From Escherichia coli (GTDB lineage Bacteria; Pseudomonadota; Gammaproteobacteria; Enterobacterales; Enterobacteriaceae): a stretch of 64,000 bases of DNA. The notes under the pieces were generated by a model. The model was not told the DNA's origin. It saw only the letters and a list, made by a program, of their open reading frames with translations, and did no database searches. The stretch is from assembly GCF_011045215.1 (NCBI RefSeq), contig NZ_CP049201.1; one strand, 5' to 3'. The stretch's first letter is position 1; each line of letters starts with the position of its first letter. The position numbers were made by a program, and so were the translations under genes. This document shows, piece by piece, positions 1 to 11,400 of this stretch.

Positions 1-269
1 CCATCGAGAAAGCACTCGGTATTGACCAGGTACGCTTGATCACCACCGGCGGCGACGCCTTTGAAGCCGAACGTGAGCAGTGGAACGACGCCAATAACGT
101 TCTGACCATCCGCCCCGGTGTGGTGATTGGTTACGAGCGCAACGTCTGGACTAACGAGAAATACGACAAAGCCGGCATCACCGTGCTGCCCATCCCGGGG
201 GACGAATTGGGACGAGGCCGCGGCGGCGCACGCTGCATGAGCTGTCCGCTTGAACGCGACGGAATTTAA
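1..269 (+). CDS. arcA: Arginine deiminase, C-terminal fragment (5' end lies outside the window)
   Basis: Frame continues open from the window edge; C-terminus ...[17 protein letters not shown] carries the conserved catalytic Cys motif of arginine deiminases; followed by carbamate kinase and OTC genes. Confidence 0.8.
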   Translation, partial: IEKALGIDQVRLITTGGDAFEAEREQWNDANNVLTIRPGVVIGYERNVWTNEKYDKAGITVLPIPGDELGRGRGGARCMSCPLERDGI

Positions 270-279
270 AGGAGCCATC

Positions 280-1191
280 ATGGAACGAAAACCCACTTTG
301 GTTGTGGCGTTGGGCGGCAACGCATTATTGAAGCGCGGCGAACCACTGGAAGCAGAAATCCAGCGCCAGAACATTGAGTTGGCCGCCCGTACCATCGCCG
401 GGCTCACGGTGAATTGGCGCGTGGTGTTGGTTCACGGCAACGGTCCACAGATCGGGCTGCTGGCGCTGCAGAACAGCGCCTACGACAAAGTAACCCCTTA
501 TCCACTGGACGTTCTTGGCGCCGAAAGCCAGGGGATGATCGGCTACATGCTCCAGCAGGCGCTGAAAAACAGCCTGCCACAGCGTGAGGTGAGCGTCCTG
601 CTTACTCAGGTGGAAGTGGACGCTACTGACCCGGCGTTCAGCAACCCGACCAAATATATCGGACCGGTGTACAACGAAGACCTGGCAAAAACACTGGCAG
701 CAGAAAAAGGTTGGGGGTTTAAGGCCGACGGCAGCTACTTCCGTCGCGTGGTGCCATCTCCACAGCCGAAACGCATTGTCGAGAGCGATGCTATTACGGC
801 ACTGATCCAGCGCGACCATCTTGTTATCTGCAACGGCGGCGGTGGTGTGCCAGTTGTGGAAAAGGCTAACGGCTATCGCGGAATTGAGGCGGTGATCGAC
901 AAAGACCTCTCTGCTGCCCTGCTGGCATACCAGATAGGGGCCGACGCACTACTGATTCTCACTGATGCCGACGCGGTTTACCTCGATTGGGGCAAACCGA
1001 CCCAGCGTCCGCTAGCGCAGGTGACGCCAGAACTGCTCAGAGGCATGCAGTTTGACACCGGATCGATGGGGCCGAAAGTGGCCGCCTGCTGCAAGTTTGT
1101 TGAAGCTTGCAACGGTATTGCCGGGATCGGCGCTCTGGTCGACGGGGCTGAGATTTTGGCGGGCAAGAAAGGCACATTGATTCGTAACTGA
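280..1191 (+). CDS. arcC: Carbamate kinase
   Basis: 303 aa from ATG at 280 with AGGAG 7 nt upstream; N-terminus MERKPTLVVALGGNALL typical of the carbamate kinase (amino-acid kinase) family; operon context. Confidence 0.88.
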   Translation: MERKPTLVVALGGNALLKRGEPLEAEIQRQNIELAARTIAGLTVNWRVVLVHGNGPQIGLLALQNSAYDKVTPYPLDVLGAESQGMIGYMLQQALKNSLPQREVSVLLTQVEVDATDPAFSNPTKYIGPVYNEDLAKTLAAEKGWGFKADGSYFRRVVPSPQPKRIVESDAITALIQRDHLVICNGGGGVPVVEKANGYRGIEAVIDKDLSAALLAYQIGADALLILTDADAVYLDWGKPTQRPLAQVTPELLRGMQFDTGSMGPKVAACCKFVEACNGIAGIGALVDGAEILAGKKGTLIRN

Positions 1192-1275
1192 ATCCCCCTT
1201 CACCTAACCCTCTCCTCAAAGGGGAGATGGCAGAGTGAGGGCATCAGACAGTTAAAATTTAAAAAGGATTTCCTA

Positions 1276-2280
1276 ATGACCATCAATTTGAAAAAACGCA
1301 ACTTCCTTAAACTGCTGGACTACACCCCGGCAGAGATCCAGTACCTGATCGATCTCGCGATCAAACTGAAAGCGGCCAAAAAAGCCGGACGAGAAAAACA
1401 GACCTTGGTTGGCAAAAACATTGCCCTGATTTTTGAAAAAACCTCCACCCGTACCCGCTGTGCTTTCGAAGTGGCTGCGTTCGACCAGGGGGCGCAGGTG
1501 ACCTACCTCGGCCCAGGCGGATCGCAAATCGGCCATAAAGAGTCAATGAAAGACACCGCCCGTGTGCTGGGCCGTATGTATGACGGCATCGAATACCGTG
1601 GTTACGGTCAGGCCATCGTTGAGGAGTTGGGCAAATACGCGGGCGTACCGGTGTGGAACGGTCTGACCGACGAATTTCACCCAACCCAAATCCTCGCAGA
1701 TTTGATGACCATGCTGGAACATTCCCCGGGCAAAAAACTGTCGGAACTGAGCTTTGCCTACCTTGGCGACGCACGCAACAACATGGGTAACTCCCTGATG
1801 GTGGGGGCTGCCAAAATGGGGATGGATATCCGTCTTGTAGCCCCAAAATCCTTCTGGCCGGATGTGGTGCTTGTTGAACAGTGCCGTTCCATCGCGGAAG
1901 AGACGGGCGCACGTATCACCCTGACCGATGACGTGGAAGAAGGCGTGTGGGGAACGGATTTCCTCTACACCGATGTTTGGGTCTCCATGGGTGAACCGAA
2001 AGAGGCGTGGACCGAACGCGTCAGCCTGATGAAGCCTTATCAAATCAACGCTGACGTGATGAACGCCACCGGCAACCCGAACGTCAAGTTCATGCACTGC
2101 CTGCCAGCCTTCCACAATGAGCACACCAAAGTGGGCCGAGAAATTGAGATGGCATACGGCCTGAAGGGACTGGAGGTGACGGAAGAGGTCTTCGAATCCC
2201 CTAACTCTATCGTCTTTGATGAAGCAGAAAACCGCATGCATACCATTAAAGCGGTCATGGTGGCGACACTCGGCGACTAA
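1276..2280 (+). CDS. arcB: Ornithine carbamoyltransferase, catabolic type
   Basis: 334 aa; STRTR carbamoyl-phosphate binding motif, HCLP motif; strong similarity to E. coli ArgI recalled from memory; lies inside the ADI operon. Confidence 0.92.
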   Translation: MTINLKKRNFLKLLDYTPAEIQYLIDLAIKLKAAKKAGREKQTLVGKNIALIFEKTSTRTRCAFEVAAFDQGAQVTYLGPGGSQIGHKESMKDTARVLGRMYDGIEYRGYGQAIVEELGKYAGVPVWNGLTDEFHPTQILADLMTMLEHSPGKKLSELSFAYLGDARNNMGNSLMVGAAKMGMDIRLVAPKSFWPDVVLVEQCRSIAEETGARITLTDDVEEGVWGTDFLYTDVWVSMGEPKEAWTERVSLMKPYQINADVMNATGNPNVKFMHCLPAFHNEHTKVGREIEMAYGLKGLEVTEEVFESPNSIVFDEAENRMHTIKAVMVATLGD

Positions 2281-2327
2281 TCACCACCCGGTGCGTCGTA
2301 GGGTGCACCGGGTCTCAGGAGAACATC

Positions 2328-3731
2328 ATGGGTAAGTTCAAATTTCCCTCCGCATATACCATTCTCTTTTTTCTGATTGCCATCGTTGCCGTCCTGACGT
2401 GGATCATTCCAGCCGGGCAGTATCACATGGCAATGAACGAAGCTCTCGGCAAGGAGGTTCCTGTTGCCGGCACCTATGCACACGTAGAGGCCAATCCGCA
2501 GGGACTGATTTCAGTGCTGATGGCCCCAATTGCCGGGTTGTATGATCCAGACTCCGGTCAGGCTAGGGCGATAGACGTTGCGCTGTTTATTCTGATCATC
2601 GGAGGATTCCTCGGGATCGTCACCAAAACCGGGGCCATTGACGCCGGAATCGAGCGCGTCACCACCCGACTACGTGGTCGCGAAGAGTGGATGATCCCGA
2701 TCCTTATGGCGCTGTTTGCTGCTGGCGGTACAATTTACGGCATGGCCGAAGAATCCCTGCCGTTTTATACCCTGCTGGTGCCGGTGATGTTGGCAGCACG
2801 CTTCGACCCTGTGGTAGCCGCCTCCACCGTGCTGCTCGGCGCCGGGATCGGCACGCTCGGTTCCACCATTAACCCTTTCGCGACGGTGATCGCCGCCAAT
2901 GCAGCCGGGATCCCCTTCACCAACGGTATCACCTTGCGTGTGGTGGTGCTTGTCATCGGCTGGATAATCTGCGTGACATGGGTGATGCGCTATGCCCGGA
3001 AAGTTCGCAAGGAGCCGTCTCTCTCCATTATTGCGGATAAACAAGAGGAGAACCTCGCCCACTTCCTCGGCAATAAAAGCGAACAGGCTCTGGAGTTCAC
3101 CCCGGTACGCAAAATTATTCTGGTGATTTTCGCCCTTACCTTCGCGGTCATGATCTACGGCGTGGCGGTGCTGGGTTGGTGGATGGCGGAGATCTCAACG
3201 GTATTTCTGGCCAGCGCAATTATCATCGGCCTGATCGCCCGCATGAGCGAAGAGGAACTGACCTCTACCTTTATCAACGGCGCGCGAGATTTGCTGGGCG
3301 TTGCACTGATTATCGGTATCGCGCGCGGTATCGTAGTGATCATGGATAAAGGTATGATTACCCATACTATTTTGCACTACGCCGAGGGAATGGTTACTGG
3401 ATTATCGACAGTAGCATTCATCAACGTGATGTATTGGCTGGAAGTGGTGCTGTCGTTTCTTGTGCCTTCTTCGTCCGGTCTGGCCGTTCTGACGATGCCG
3501 ATCATGGCACCTCTTGCCGACTTCGCTAACGTCAACCGCGACCTGGTAGTTACGGCTTACCAGTCTGCGTCCGGTATCGTTAACCTGATCACTCCCACCT
3601 CTGCCGTTGTGATGGGCGGACTGGCTATCGCCCACGTGCCTTACGTGCGATATCTGAAATGGGTTGCGCCGCTGCTTGGGATATTAACAGTGGTAATTAT
3701 GGTGGCATTAAGTCTGGGGGCATTGTTGTAA
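2328..3731 (+). CDS. YfcC-family polytopic membrane transporter (putative arginine/ornithine exchanger of the ADI operon)
   Basis: 467 aa, multiple hydrophobic helices, Gly/Ala-rich segments; positioned between OTC and the ArgR-like regulator. Confidence 0.75.
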   Translation: MGKFKFPSAYTILFFLIAIVAVLTWIIPAGQYHMAMNEALGKEVPVAGTYAHVEANPQGLISVLMAPIAGLYDPDSGQARAIDVALFILIIGGFLGIVTKTGAIDAGIERVTTRLRGREEWMIPILMALFAAGGTIYGMAEESLPFYTLLVPVMLAARFDPVVAASTVLLGAGIGTLGSTINPFATVIAANAAGIPFTNGITLRVVVLVIGWIICVTWVMRYARKVRKEPSLSIIADKQEENLAHFLGNKSEQALEFTPVRKIILVIFALTFAVMIYGVAVLGWWMAEISTVFLASAIIIGLIARMSEEELTSTFINGARDLLGVALIIGIARGIVVIMDKGMITHTILHYAEGMVTGLSTVAFINVMYWLEVVLSFLVPSSSGLAVLTMPIMAPLADFANVNRDLVVTAYQSASGIVNLITPTSAVVMGGLAIAHVPYVRYLKWVAPLLGILTVVIMVALSLGALL

Positions 3732-3811
3732 TTTGCCGGATGGCGCTGCCCCTATCCGGTCTACGGAATGGTGTGGTGTCACCGGTTATTTCGAGAACTG
3801 AATATAGGATT

Positions 3812-4291
3812 ATGATGGATTACGAAGATTTCTCTCCCAAAGAGCAACTACAGCTAACGGTCTGCCAACGTCTGATTGCAGAAAAGAGCTATTTTTCCCA
3901 AGAGGAGCTCCGCCGCGACTTACAGGAGCGTGGTTTTGAGACAATCAGCCAGTCCACCGTTTCTCGTCTGCTCAAGTTGTTAGGTGTCATAAAAATTCGA
4001 AATGCCAAAGGGCTAAAAGTCTATTCGCAGAATCCACAGTTGCGTCCGGCTCCTGATGCCGCGCGCACTGTGTCCGAAATGGTGGTGAGCGTTGAGCACA
4101 ATAGAGAATTTATCCTTATCCATACCGTTGCTGGATATGGCCGCGCAGTGGCACGTGTCCTTGATTATCACCAGTTGCCAGAAATTTTAGGCGTGGTGGC
4201 CGGAAGCAGTATCGTCTGGGTCGCTCCTCGGATGGTGAAGCGTGTCGCTCTGGTGCATAAGCAAATTAATTATTTACTAAGAACGTATTAA
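3812..4291 (+). CDS. ArgR-family arginine repressor-like regulator
   Basis: About 159 aa from the ATG at 3812 (the ORF-track start at 3659 is probably too far upstream); resembles ArgR in the N-terminal winged-helix (...SQSTVSRLLKLLGVIKIRNAKG...) and C-terminal oligomerisation region. Confidence 0.78.
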   Translation: MMDYEDFSPKEQLQLTVCQRLIAEKSYFSQEELRRDLQERGFETISQSTVSRLLKLLGVIKIRNAKGLKVYSQNPQLRPAPDAARTVSEMVVSVEHNREFILIHTVAGYGRAVARVLDYHQLPEILGVVAGSSIVWVAPRMVKRVALVHKQINYLLRTY

Positions 4292-4484
4292 TATTCACAA
4301 ATGCCCGCTTGTATTGACTAATACATACATTAAATCGCTTCATTCGCAAAGCGAGTTTCCTATAATGCCTGATAATGTGCCAGGAGGGAGCATAGTCAAG
4401 CGTGTACGATATAACGTCTCACCGCGTCTGAAATCAGACACTGGCTTGGTGTTTTATTCCCGTTGCTTAATCTATTCCTTGGGT

Positions 4485-4508
4485 CCCTCATTTGAGGGGC
4501 TTTTTTTG
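4485..4508 (+). terminator. Intrinsic terminator (GC stem ccctc/gaggg plus T7 run)
   Basis: Hairpin 4485-4498 followed by tttttttg; ends either the arc operon read-through or a short transcript starting near 4370. Confidence 0.5.
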
Positions 4509-4528
4509 CTCGGCATCAGGAGATAAAC

Positions 4529-4678
4529 ATGAATCCGTTTTATCAAAAAATAAATGCCCCTAGCCGCGAAGTGCTGGAGCTCGTTCTAAAAATCGCAGCA
4601 AAAATTGAAAACCATTCCTCAACCATCGCGGCGTTCGTATGCGCCGCCAATGATGCGCCCGAAAACGCGTCAATATGA
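4529..4678 (+). CDS. Small hypothetical ORF (49 aa) whose 3' end lies in a 63-bp repeat
   Basis: ATG at 4529 preceded by AGGAGA; translation MNPFYQKINAPSREVLELVLKIAAKIENHSSTIAAFVCAANDAPENASI; the last 14 codons recur at 4955-5017. Confidence 0.25.
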   Translation: MNPFYQKINAPSREVLELVLKIAAKIENHSSTIAAFVCAANDAPENASI

Positions 4679-5043
4679 GTTCGCCGGAATATTACTCTGC
4701 TGTCGGGAGTTGAACGCCTGACGACAGGAAATGAGCCAGGCCAGCCACCACGCGGGCTGACAGCGAATCAGAACCTGAGTCAGCCCGGAGCCATTCCCGG
4801 GGCTGCACTTCATCACCTGCCACCAGTACCCGTGTCAGTACTTCGCGACCTGACGCAATTATCCGACTCAGTCCTTCAGAACCCGCCTCCGATACCAGCC
4901 TGGCGCTCGCCCCTGCGCAAGCAAAATAAATCAACCATTGTCAGACTGCGATCATTCGTATGCACCGCCGATGACGCGCCCGAAAACGCGTCAATATGAG
5001 TTCGCCGGAATATTACTCAATATGAGTTCGCCGGAATATTACG
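4634..5043. repeat. Direct repeats: 63-bp unit at 4634-4696 and 4955-5017; 26-bp subunit (caatatgagttcgccggaatattac) in three copies at 4671-4696, 4992-5017, 5018-5043
   Basis: Read directly from the sequence; lies between the ADI operon and the cdiI terminator. Confidence 0.8.
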
Positions 5044-5065
5044 CCTAGCTGGGGGTTTTCTGTGC

Positions 5066-5096
5066 ACAAAAAAATCCCGGCATAATGGCCGGGATT
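5066..5096 (-). terminator. Intrinsic terminator of the cdi operon (minus strand)
   Basis: Palindrome atcccggc...gccgggat followed on the minus strand by a T7 run, just downstream of the cdiI stop. Confidence 0.6.
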
Positions 5097-5110
5097 TGCG
5101 AGCTTTCCCA

Positions 5111-5485
5111 CTATTTCTTGATTCCTAAACGGAACATATCAGTTGGGAATAAAGGTTGTATTATCACTTCATCATTAAAAATGAATAATTTGGGCGATAA
5201 AGCTGTTACGTCATAGATATTTTCAGCGATTAATCTTAGATTTGACCTAAAAACTGGAATACTTGCATCATCTACAAAGACAAACATGTCATCGTTTTTT
5301 ACAGAGTTTGCACACAATAGCTCATCAAAACTCTCATAATCAGAATGCCAGATCTCTGACCAAGTAACACTTCCTTTCGCGAGAGGGTACTTATTTAAAA
5401 TGCCCAGAGCCTCCTGCTGAGCCAGCCCCTCTACTATATTAAAATCAGCACTCAGTGCTTCCCGACACTCATCAAATAAAGTCAT
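5111..5485 (-). CDS. cdiI: CdiI immunity protein (cognate to the CdiA-CT encoded at 5494-6246)
   Basis: 124-aa acidic protein starting 5 nt after the cdiA stop codon; position and size typical of cdiI. Confidence 0.75.
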   Translation of the reverse strand: MTLFDECREALSADFNIVEGLAQQEALGILNKYPLAKGSVTWSEIWHSDYESFDELLCANSVKNDDMFVFVDDASIPVFRSNLRLIAENIYDVTALSPKLFIFNDEVIIQPLFPTDMFRLGIKK

Positions 5486-5490
5486 TTGCT

Positions 5491-8400
5491 CTACCTGTTT
5501 AGCTGTTTCAATATTGTTTCAAAAGACTTTTCATTGCCTTCAAAAGGTATGACTTGCTTCACCGCTTTTCCAGGGCCTTTACCCTGCGAGTAATCCCATA
5601 TATTGATGTGTGTGCCTTTTTCAGGATCATAATCAACACGCCAACCAACTTTTCCGTCGCTGGATTGCCGCCCTATGACTTTCCCATTACCAGCGCTGAC
5701 TTCCAAACGTCCGATAACTGGCTTAGAGTCCGCTCCTAAATTACCTACAAGATCCAATGCCTTGTTTCGAGCAGTTTCCCAGTTTTTCTCTGGCTTGAGG
5801 ATTTGTTCAATTTTAGGCTGGGAATTCCCTTTAACCTTACTAATTCCCCCAAATGCTGACGCCGCAGCGCTCGCGACTATTCCCGCCTGAACTTCATCCA
5901 AACCGTATTCTTCTTGGAGTGCTTCCGAGACTTTGTTGGTCGCGACAACCCCTTCAGCCTGCATTTGCTGCGCAAAAGTCGCCGTCAGATCGTAGACCAT
6001 TTTGATCGGGATATCTTCACCCAGAGCACGATCTATTGCCTGCTTCACCGCCAGACTGTCAGTCAGTACATCACCGTATTTCTGCTGGCAGGTTGCCGGG
6101 CTGGCTGCACAGTCACTGATCAGTTGCTTTTGCTGTGCCGTACTCAACTCTTCGTACTTTTTGATAATACCGCCGCAGTCACCGCCTTTCGCCTGACAGG
6201 ACTTCATTTCAGCGGACCAAGCATCTATCTGCTTACTGCTCAGATAGTTATTCTCAACAGTTGTCTTACCTGACTGTGCGCCGGCTACCGCTGAAGCCCC
6301 CGAGTCTCCCACCAGACCACCGGCCAGGCCGGCAGCAACCGTTGCCAGTGTCGAGACCGTCTGCTTCTCTGTCTCGCTCAGTTCACTCACCGGCTTACCG
6401 TACATCTGTGTGGCTATCATTCCCACCACCTCGCCGGTGGCTGCACCTGCAGCACCGGCAAGGGCATTCTTACCCTGTGCCAGAGACAGGGCGGCATTCA
6501 CTACTGCATGAGCTGCCACACGCCCCGCACCGTCCGGGGTGGTCTGTTTGATAATTTCAGCAATATACGGCGCTGCACCACCTGCCAGGGCTGCACTCAG
6601 ATTACCGCCGGCCAGTCCCTGTACCGCTGCCGTTGCGGCCTGTATCGCCTGCTGGTATTTGCCTCCCGTTCCAAAACCGGAGGCTGCCATACCGTTATTG
6701 TAGGCCCGCTGTGCCACATCCTGTTCCGTGTACGGTTTTCCTGCTGCCTCAAGCTCTGCGCGGGCCTGATTCAGTGCTGCCGGGTCCCGCTTCGCTTTCT
6801 CACCGGCTATCTGTCCTTCCGTTCTGGCAATATCTGCCACCTGGTTACCAATCTCACCAATGAGTTGCGCCTGCTGCAACCGCTGCTGCTCTTTTTCCCT
6901 GTCAAAGATGGGGGACAGCGTCTGGTTTGCATGCGCAACGTCACGGTTCAGGTCTGCCACATCCTGTTTCTGGCTCTGTGTATCCCGGATAGTGATATTC
7001 CCGGCAGACACAGCCGACTGCGTGGTACTGTCCGCATGGCCTTCATGATTTGCACCGACCAGCAGATTGTTTGCCATGTTCCCCAGGAAATTTCCGGCAA
7101 CACTGCCACCGGTACTGAGCCCTGCACTCTGATGTTCCGTTTTAAAGTCAGCCCGGTTTTCAGTGTCACTGAAGCCCAGTGTGCCGGTATCCAGCCTGTT
7201 TTTATCTGCCGTTGCCGTGGACGCAATCACCGCACCGTTCAGTTGCGTATGCTGTCCGGTGGTGACATCAAACCCGCCCCTGCCGGCAAAAATCCCCGTC
7301 TGCTCCTGTACACTGTCGTAGTTACTGTGCATTTTATCCCGGCTGAGGTTCACACTCGCCGAACCGCTCATGGACCCGAAAGTGAAGCTGCCTCCGGCGC
7401 TGGCATTCTGCTGCTTACTGTCATAACGGTCACTGTCCTGCTCACTGGTCAGTGTCAGATGACGACCGGCATCCACTTTCACCGTTTCACCGCCAGCCTG
7501 CGCGCCGGTAAGCGTGGTGTCCCGCCCGCTGATAATGGTCAGCCGGTTTCCCGCATCCACCGTGGTTTCTGTATGGGTGGTACCGTTGCCTTTTTCACTG
7601 CCCTTACCCTGGTTTGCGCTGGCTGACAGACTGAAACCAGGCCCTCCGGGCCCCACACCGATACCGACACCCACGCTGCCACCACTGGATGTGTTCTTTC
7701 CTTCCAGCTTTGACGTGTTTTCTGCTGATACCAGATTCACGTCACGGTTTGCCTGCAGCAGAACGTTGTTCCCGGCCTTTATCTGACCGCCCTGTATCGT
7801 CAGGTCACCATCCACGCCCTTCACGCCGGAGCCGGTGGCCTGAATACTGAGGTTATTACCTGCGGTCAGTGTACTGCCCTTCGCCACCGTCTGCTCTGAC
7901 TGCTGTTCTGATTTCGAAGACTGGCTGCCGTAAGAGAGGCTGATACCCACGGTATTGTTATTCTCTTTCTGGTTGCCCTGTGCTTCTGCCAGTCGTCCGG
8001 CCTGCACGGCCTGAGCCCCCGAGAGCGCGGCCTTCACCCCCTGCAGGGCTTCAAGCCGGCTGTTTCCGGCAGATTTCGCCGCCTGTACGGTCTCCACCGT
8101 CGTGTTCAGGGCGCTGCCCGCTGTGCCGGACAGGGCAAGCGTCAGACCGGAGGTTTTCTGCTCCACCGTATGTGTCTGCACATGCCGGTCAGTGGCGGCG
8201 GTAATGCTGACCTCCTTACCACTGAGTGCCATGTCCCTGCCGGCAATCAGGTCAGAGCCGTTGACGGTCAACCGGTTACCTGCCTGAAGGGAAACATCAC
8301 CGTGAACACTCCCCACCGTGCTGCCTTTCTGCGTGGTGTCTGTTGCGGTGTCCGTGACCTTCAGACTCTGGCTGCCCACGCTGAATCCCACACCTCCGGA

Positions 8401-11400
8401 GCTCATCAGTCCGGATTTTTTCTCCTGTTTCAGGTGTGTTTCACGGTTGCTTTCTGTCAGCGTTCCGATACTCAGGTTATTTCCGGCAGCCAGGGAGACA
8501 CGGTTATCCCCGGCCACACTGCTGCCCGTGACGTTCAGATTATGTCCGGCACCGATACTGACCGTATCCCCGTTCAGTTCACTGCCCGTCATGGTCCGGC
8601 GGTCAGTGACATCATGCGTGGTAGTGGTGGTTTTCGATAACATCCCGCTGTTGCCGGTCACTTTATGGTATTCATCCAGCGAGCGGGTATTCTGTGCACC
8701 GGTCAGCGTCACGTCATGACCCGCCATCAGGGCCAGGCCTTTCTGAGCTGACAGCGATGCCGCCTGTGACGTCATATCCCGTCCGGCGGTCAGCGTGACA
8801 TCACCGTTACCGGCAAGTGTGCTGCCCGTATTCTGTGTGACGCCCTGCGACAGACGATTATTTTTATCCCAGGTAATATTGTCCTGCGCGGATGTGGTCA
8901 CCGTGGAAAGCGTCATATCCCTGCCGGCACTGAGTTGTGTCAGGCTGTCCTTACCCTGATTCACCACCGTTGCCGCCGTCAGATTCATATCCCGTCCGGC
9001 CTGCAGCACCAGTCTTCCCTGGTCGTTCTGCACATACACGCCGGCCACACTGTCGATACTGGTACGTTCAAAATGGTTCTGCCCGGCGTCGCGCTGTGCC
9101 GTACGGGTGGTGGTGGTCAGACTGATATCCCGTCCGGCCATCGCCAGCAGGCTGTCCGTGGCCTGCAGCAGCCCGCCGGTACTGTTAATATCCGTCCGGG
9201 CCGTCAGGCTGACATTTGCTCCCTGAATGGTGCCGGCCTGGTTGTGAATGTTTTCTGCACTGAGCTGCACGGCCTGCTTCCCGGCCAGTTTACCGCTGTT
9301 AAACAGGTCACCATCCAGCTTCATCACCATGTCCCTGCCGGCAATCAGCGCACCGGCACTGTTCACATCACCGGGTTTTACACGGGCATACACCTGAGGT
9401 ACCTGAACCGTCTGCGTGCTGCCGTCCGGCAGTGTCACCGTGGTGTTAACCAGCCAGACAATATCACCGGTCAGTAACGCCATCTGCTCAGCAGTCAGCG
9501 CCACACCTGGTGTCAGGTTGTATTGCTTACCAAATGCAATACCCGCATCCATTAACGCCTTAAACTGCTCTTCATCATTACTGTATCCGTCCAGGTACCG
9601 TTGCCCGGTCAGAGCGACAACCTGCTCACGAATCAGACGCTGTTCGTAAAAACCATCCCCCAGGCGTTTGAGCATGTTATCCCCGTTCTGAGAAAACGCC
9701 TTCTGCATGTAATCACTGCCCAGCCACGTCTTCTGGTTCGTAAAACGCGGGTCCGTTTCAACCAGATATGGCACATTCACTGCCGGATTTGTTTTAAACA
9801 GGCTGCTGTCCGGCAGACGGGTATCCGGCCCGGCAACATGGATACTGCCCTGAGGTGCGCTGACTTCAAACTGCTGCCCCGGCAACAGAATGACCGGTTC
9901 ACCGGCTGACACCACCGGGCGAAGCGGTATCCGGTCAGTAACGGCTACTGTCGCATCCACATTTCCGGTCAGTCCTGTCTGTACATCCGTTCCCTGTGGC
10001 TTCAGGGGAGAAAGCGTGACCTGGCTGCCCTGAACCTGTCCGTGGCTGGTGAGCTCTCCCGGCTTCAGCGTGATGGTCTGAATGACGGGGGGCGGCTCGT
10101 AAGGGGAAATTCTTTCCCCCTGCCTGTCATTTTTATTTTTTCTTTTTATCCGGTAATAATATGTGGATGTCCCTTTATCAGTAACATGGCGCTCTCCGCT
10201 GACACTGACGTTTTCCACATCACCGGCCTGCATATCCAGCAGACCACCTGCAACCACCTGGCTCTTGTCATTAAGCAGTTTGTCTGCCACAACCGTCATG
10301 CCGGCACCGGACAGTATTTTCCCCGGGTCGGAGTCTTTTACCCGGGTTTCCTCCACGGTACGGGTGTATTCATATTTTGTGAACCGGTCGTTGTTATGTC
10401 CGGTATCATCCGGCGTGTTCAGGTTCAGCAGTCCATCAGAGGAGTTGTTATCAATGAACACCCCCTCATCTTTTGCATTCCAGCGGACATCTGACCCGCG
10501 ATGCTGATACTCAGTCACCTTTTCCGTGGAGACCACCACGCGCTCCGTGGTGAAATGGTCATTGACGTTATTGATTTGCCCGGCACTCAGTGTCAGGGAA
10601 CCGGCGGCTTCAATCGTGGCACTGTGATTATTCAGTACACCGGCTTTCCCCGTGGCGGCGCCATTCGCATCCAGCATGCCACCGATATGCATATCACCTG
10701 CACTGTAAATCAGGCTGTGCGTCCGGTTATTCAGGGTCTGTACCCCCAGGTCCACACGCTCACGTCCGGCCAGCGTCGCCGCCACGCCATTTTCATCCAG
10801 ATTATTAAATGTGGCAGCGCTGACACCAACAGCATCGCCGTAGATTCGCCCGGTACCGGAATTCGTCAGGGTGTTCGCCTGAAGATGCGTATATTTCCCG
10901 TCAATCAGCCCACGGTTCAGCAGTGTGTCCGTCACGTTAAGCCAGGTCTGCCCGGCACTGATTTCACCTTTCTCTGTGTTTTCAAGGCGGATGCTGTTCA
11001 GGTCAAGCCGGCTGCCTGCCAGCAGGCTGCCGGTATTAGAGACATCGCCATTAACGGAAAGCGTAAGGTTTCCGTTTGCAATGGTCTGACCACTGTTACT
11101 GAACGCTGTGTTACTTTTCAGCGTTATATCGCCCGGCGAAAGCAGTTTCCCGTCACCACCAAGCTGACCGACATCCACAGAGACTGACTGCCCGGCCTTA
11201 ACCACGCCGTCACGGTTCGAAAACGCCAGCTGACGGCCACTGACAGACAATGTCGCGCCGGAAGAGAGCACGCCATCATTATTACTGAGCGTCCTGTCTG
11301 CCATAACCGTAAGCGCCCTGTCTGCCAGAATACTGCCCTCCTGGTTATCAAGGTCCTGCGTCGTGATGTGTATTGTCTGCGCTTCCAGCCCCTGGCCGGT

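Noticed and set aside
325-3635. Minus-strand ORFs within the arc operon genes (e.g. 325-819, 1361-1912, 1543-2241, 2670-3062)
   Set aside because: They overlap strongly supported plus-strand genes on the opposite strand; shadow frames.
4314-4526. 70-aa plus-strand ORF MTNTYIKSLHSQ...
   Set aside because: Spans the predicted promoter and runs through the intrinsic terminator hairpin; no RBS; more likely non-coding.
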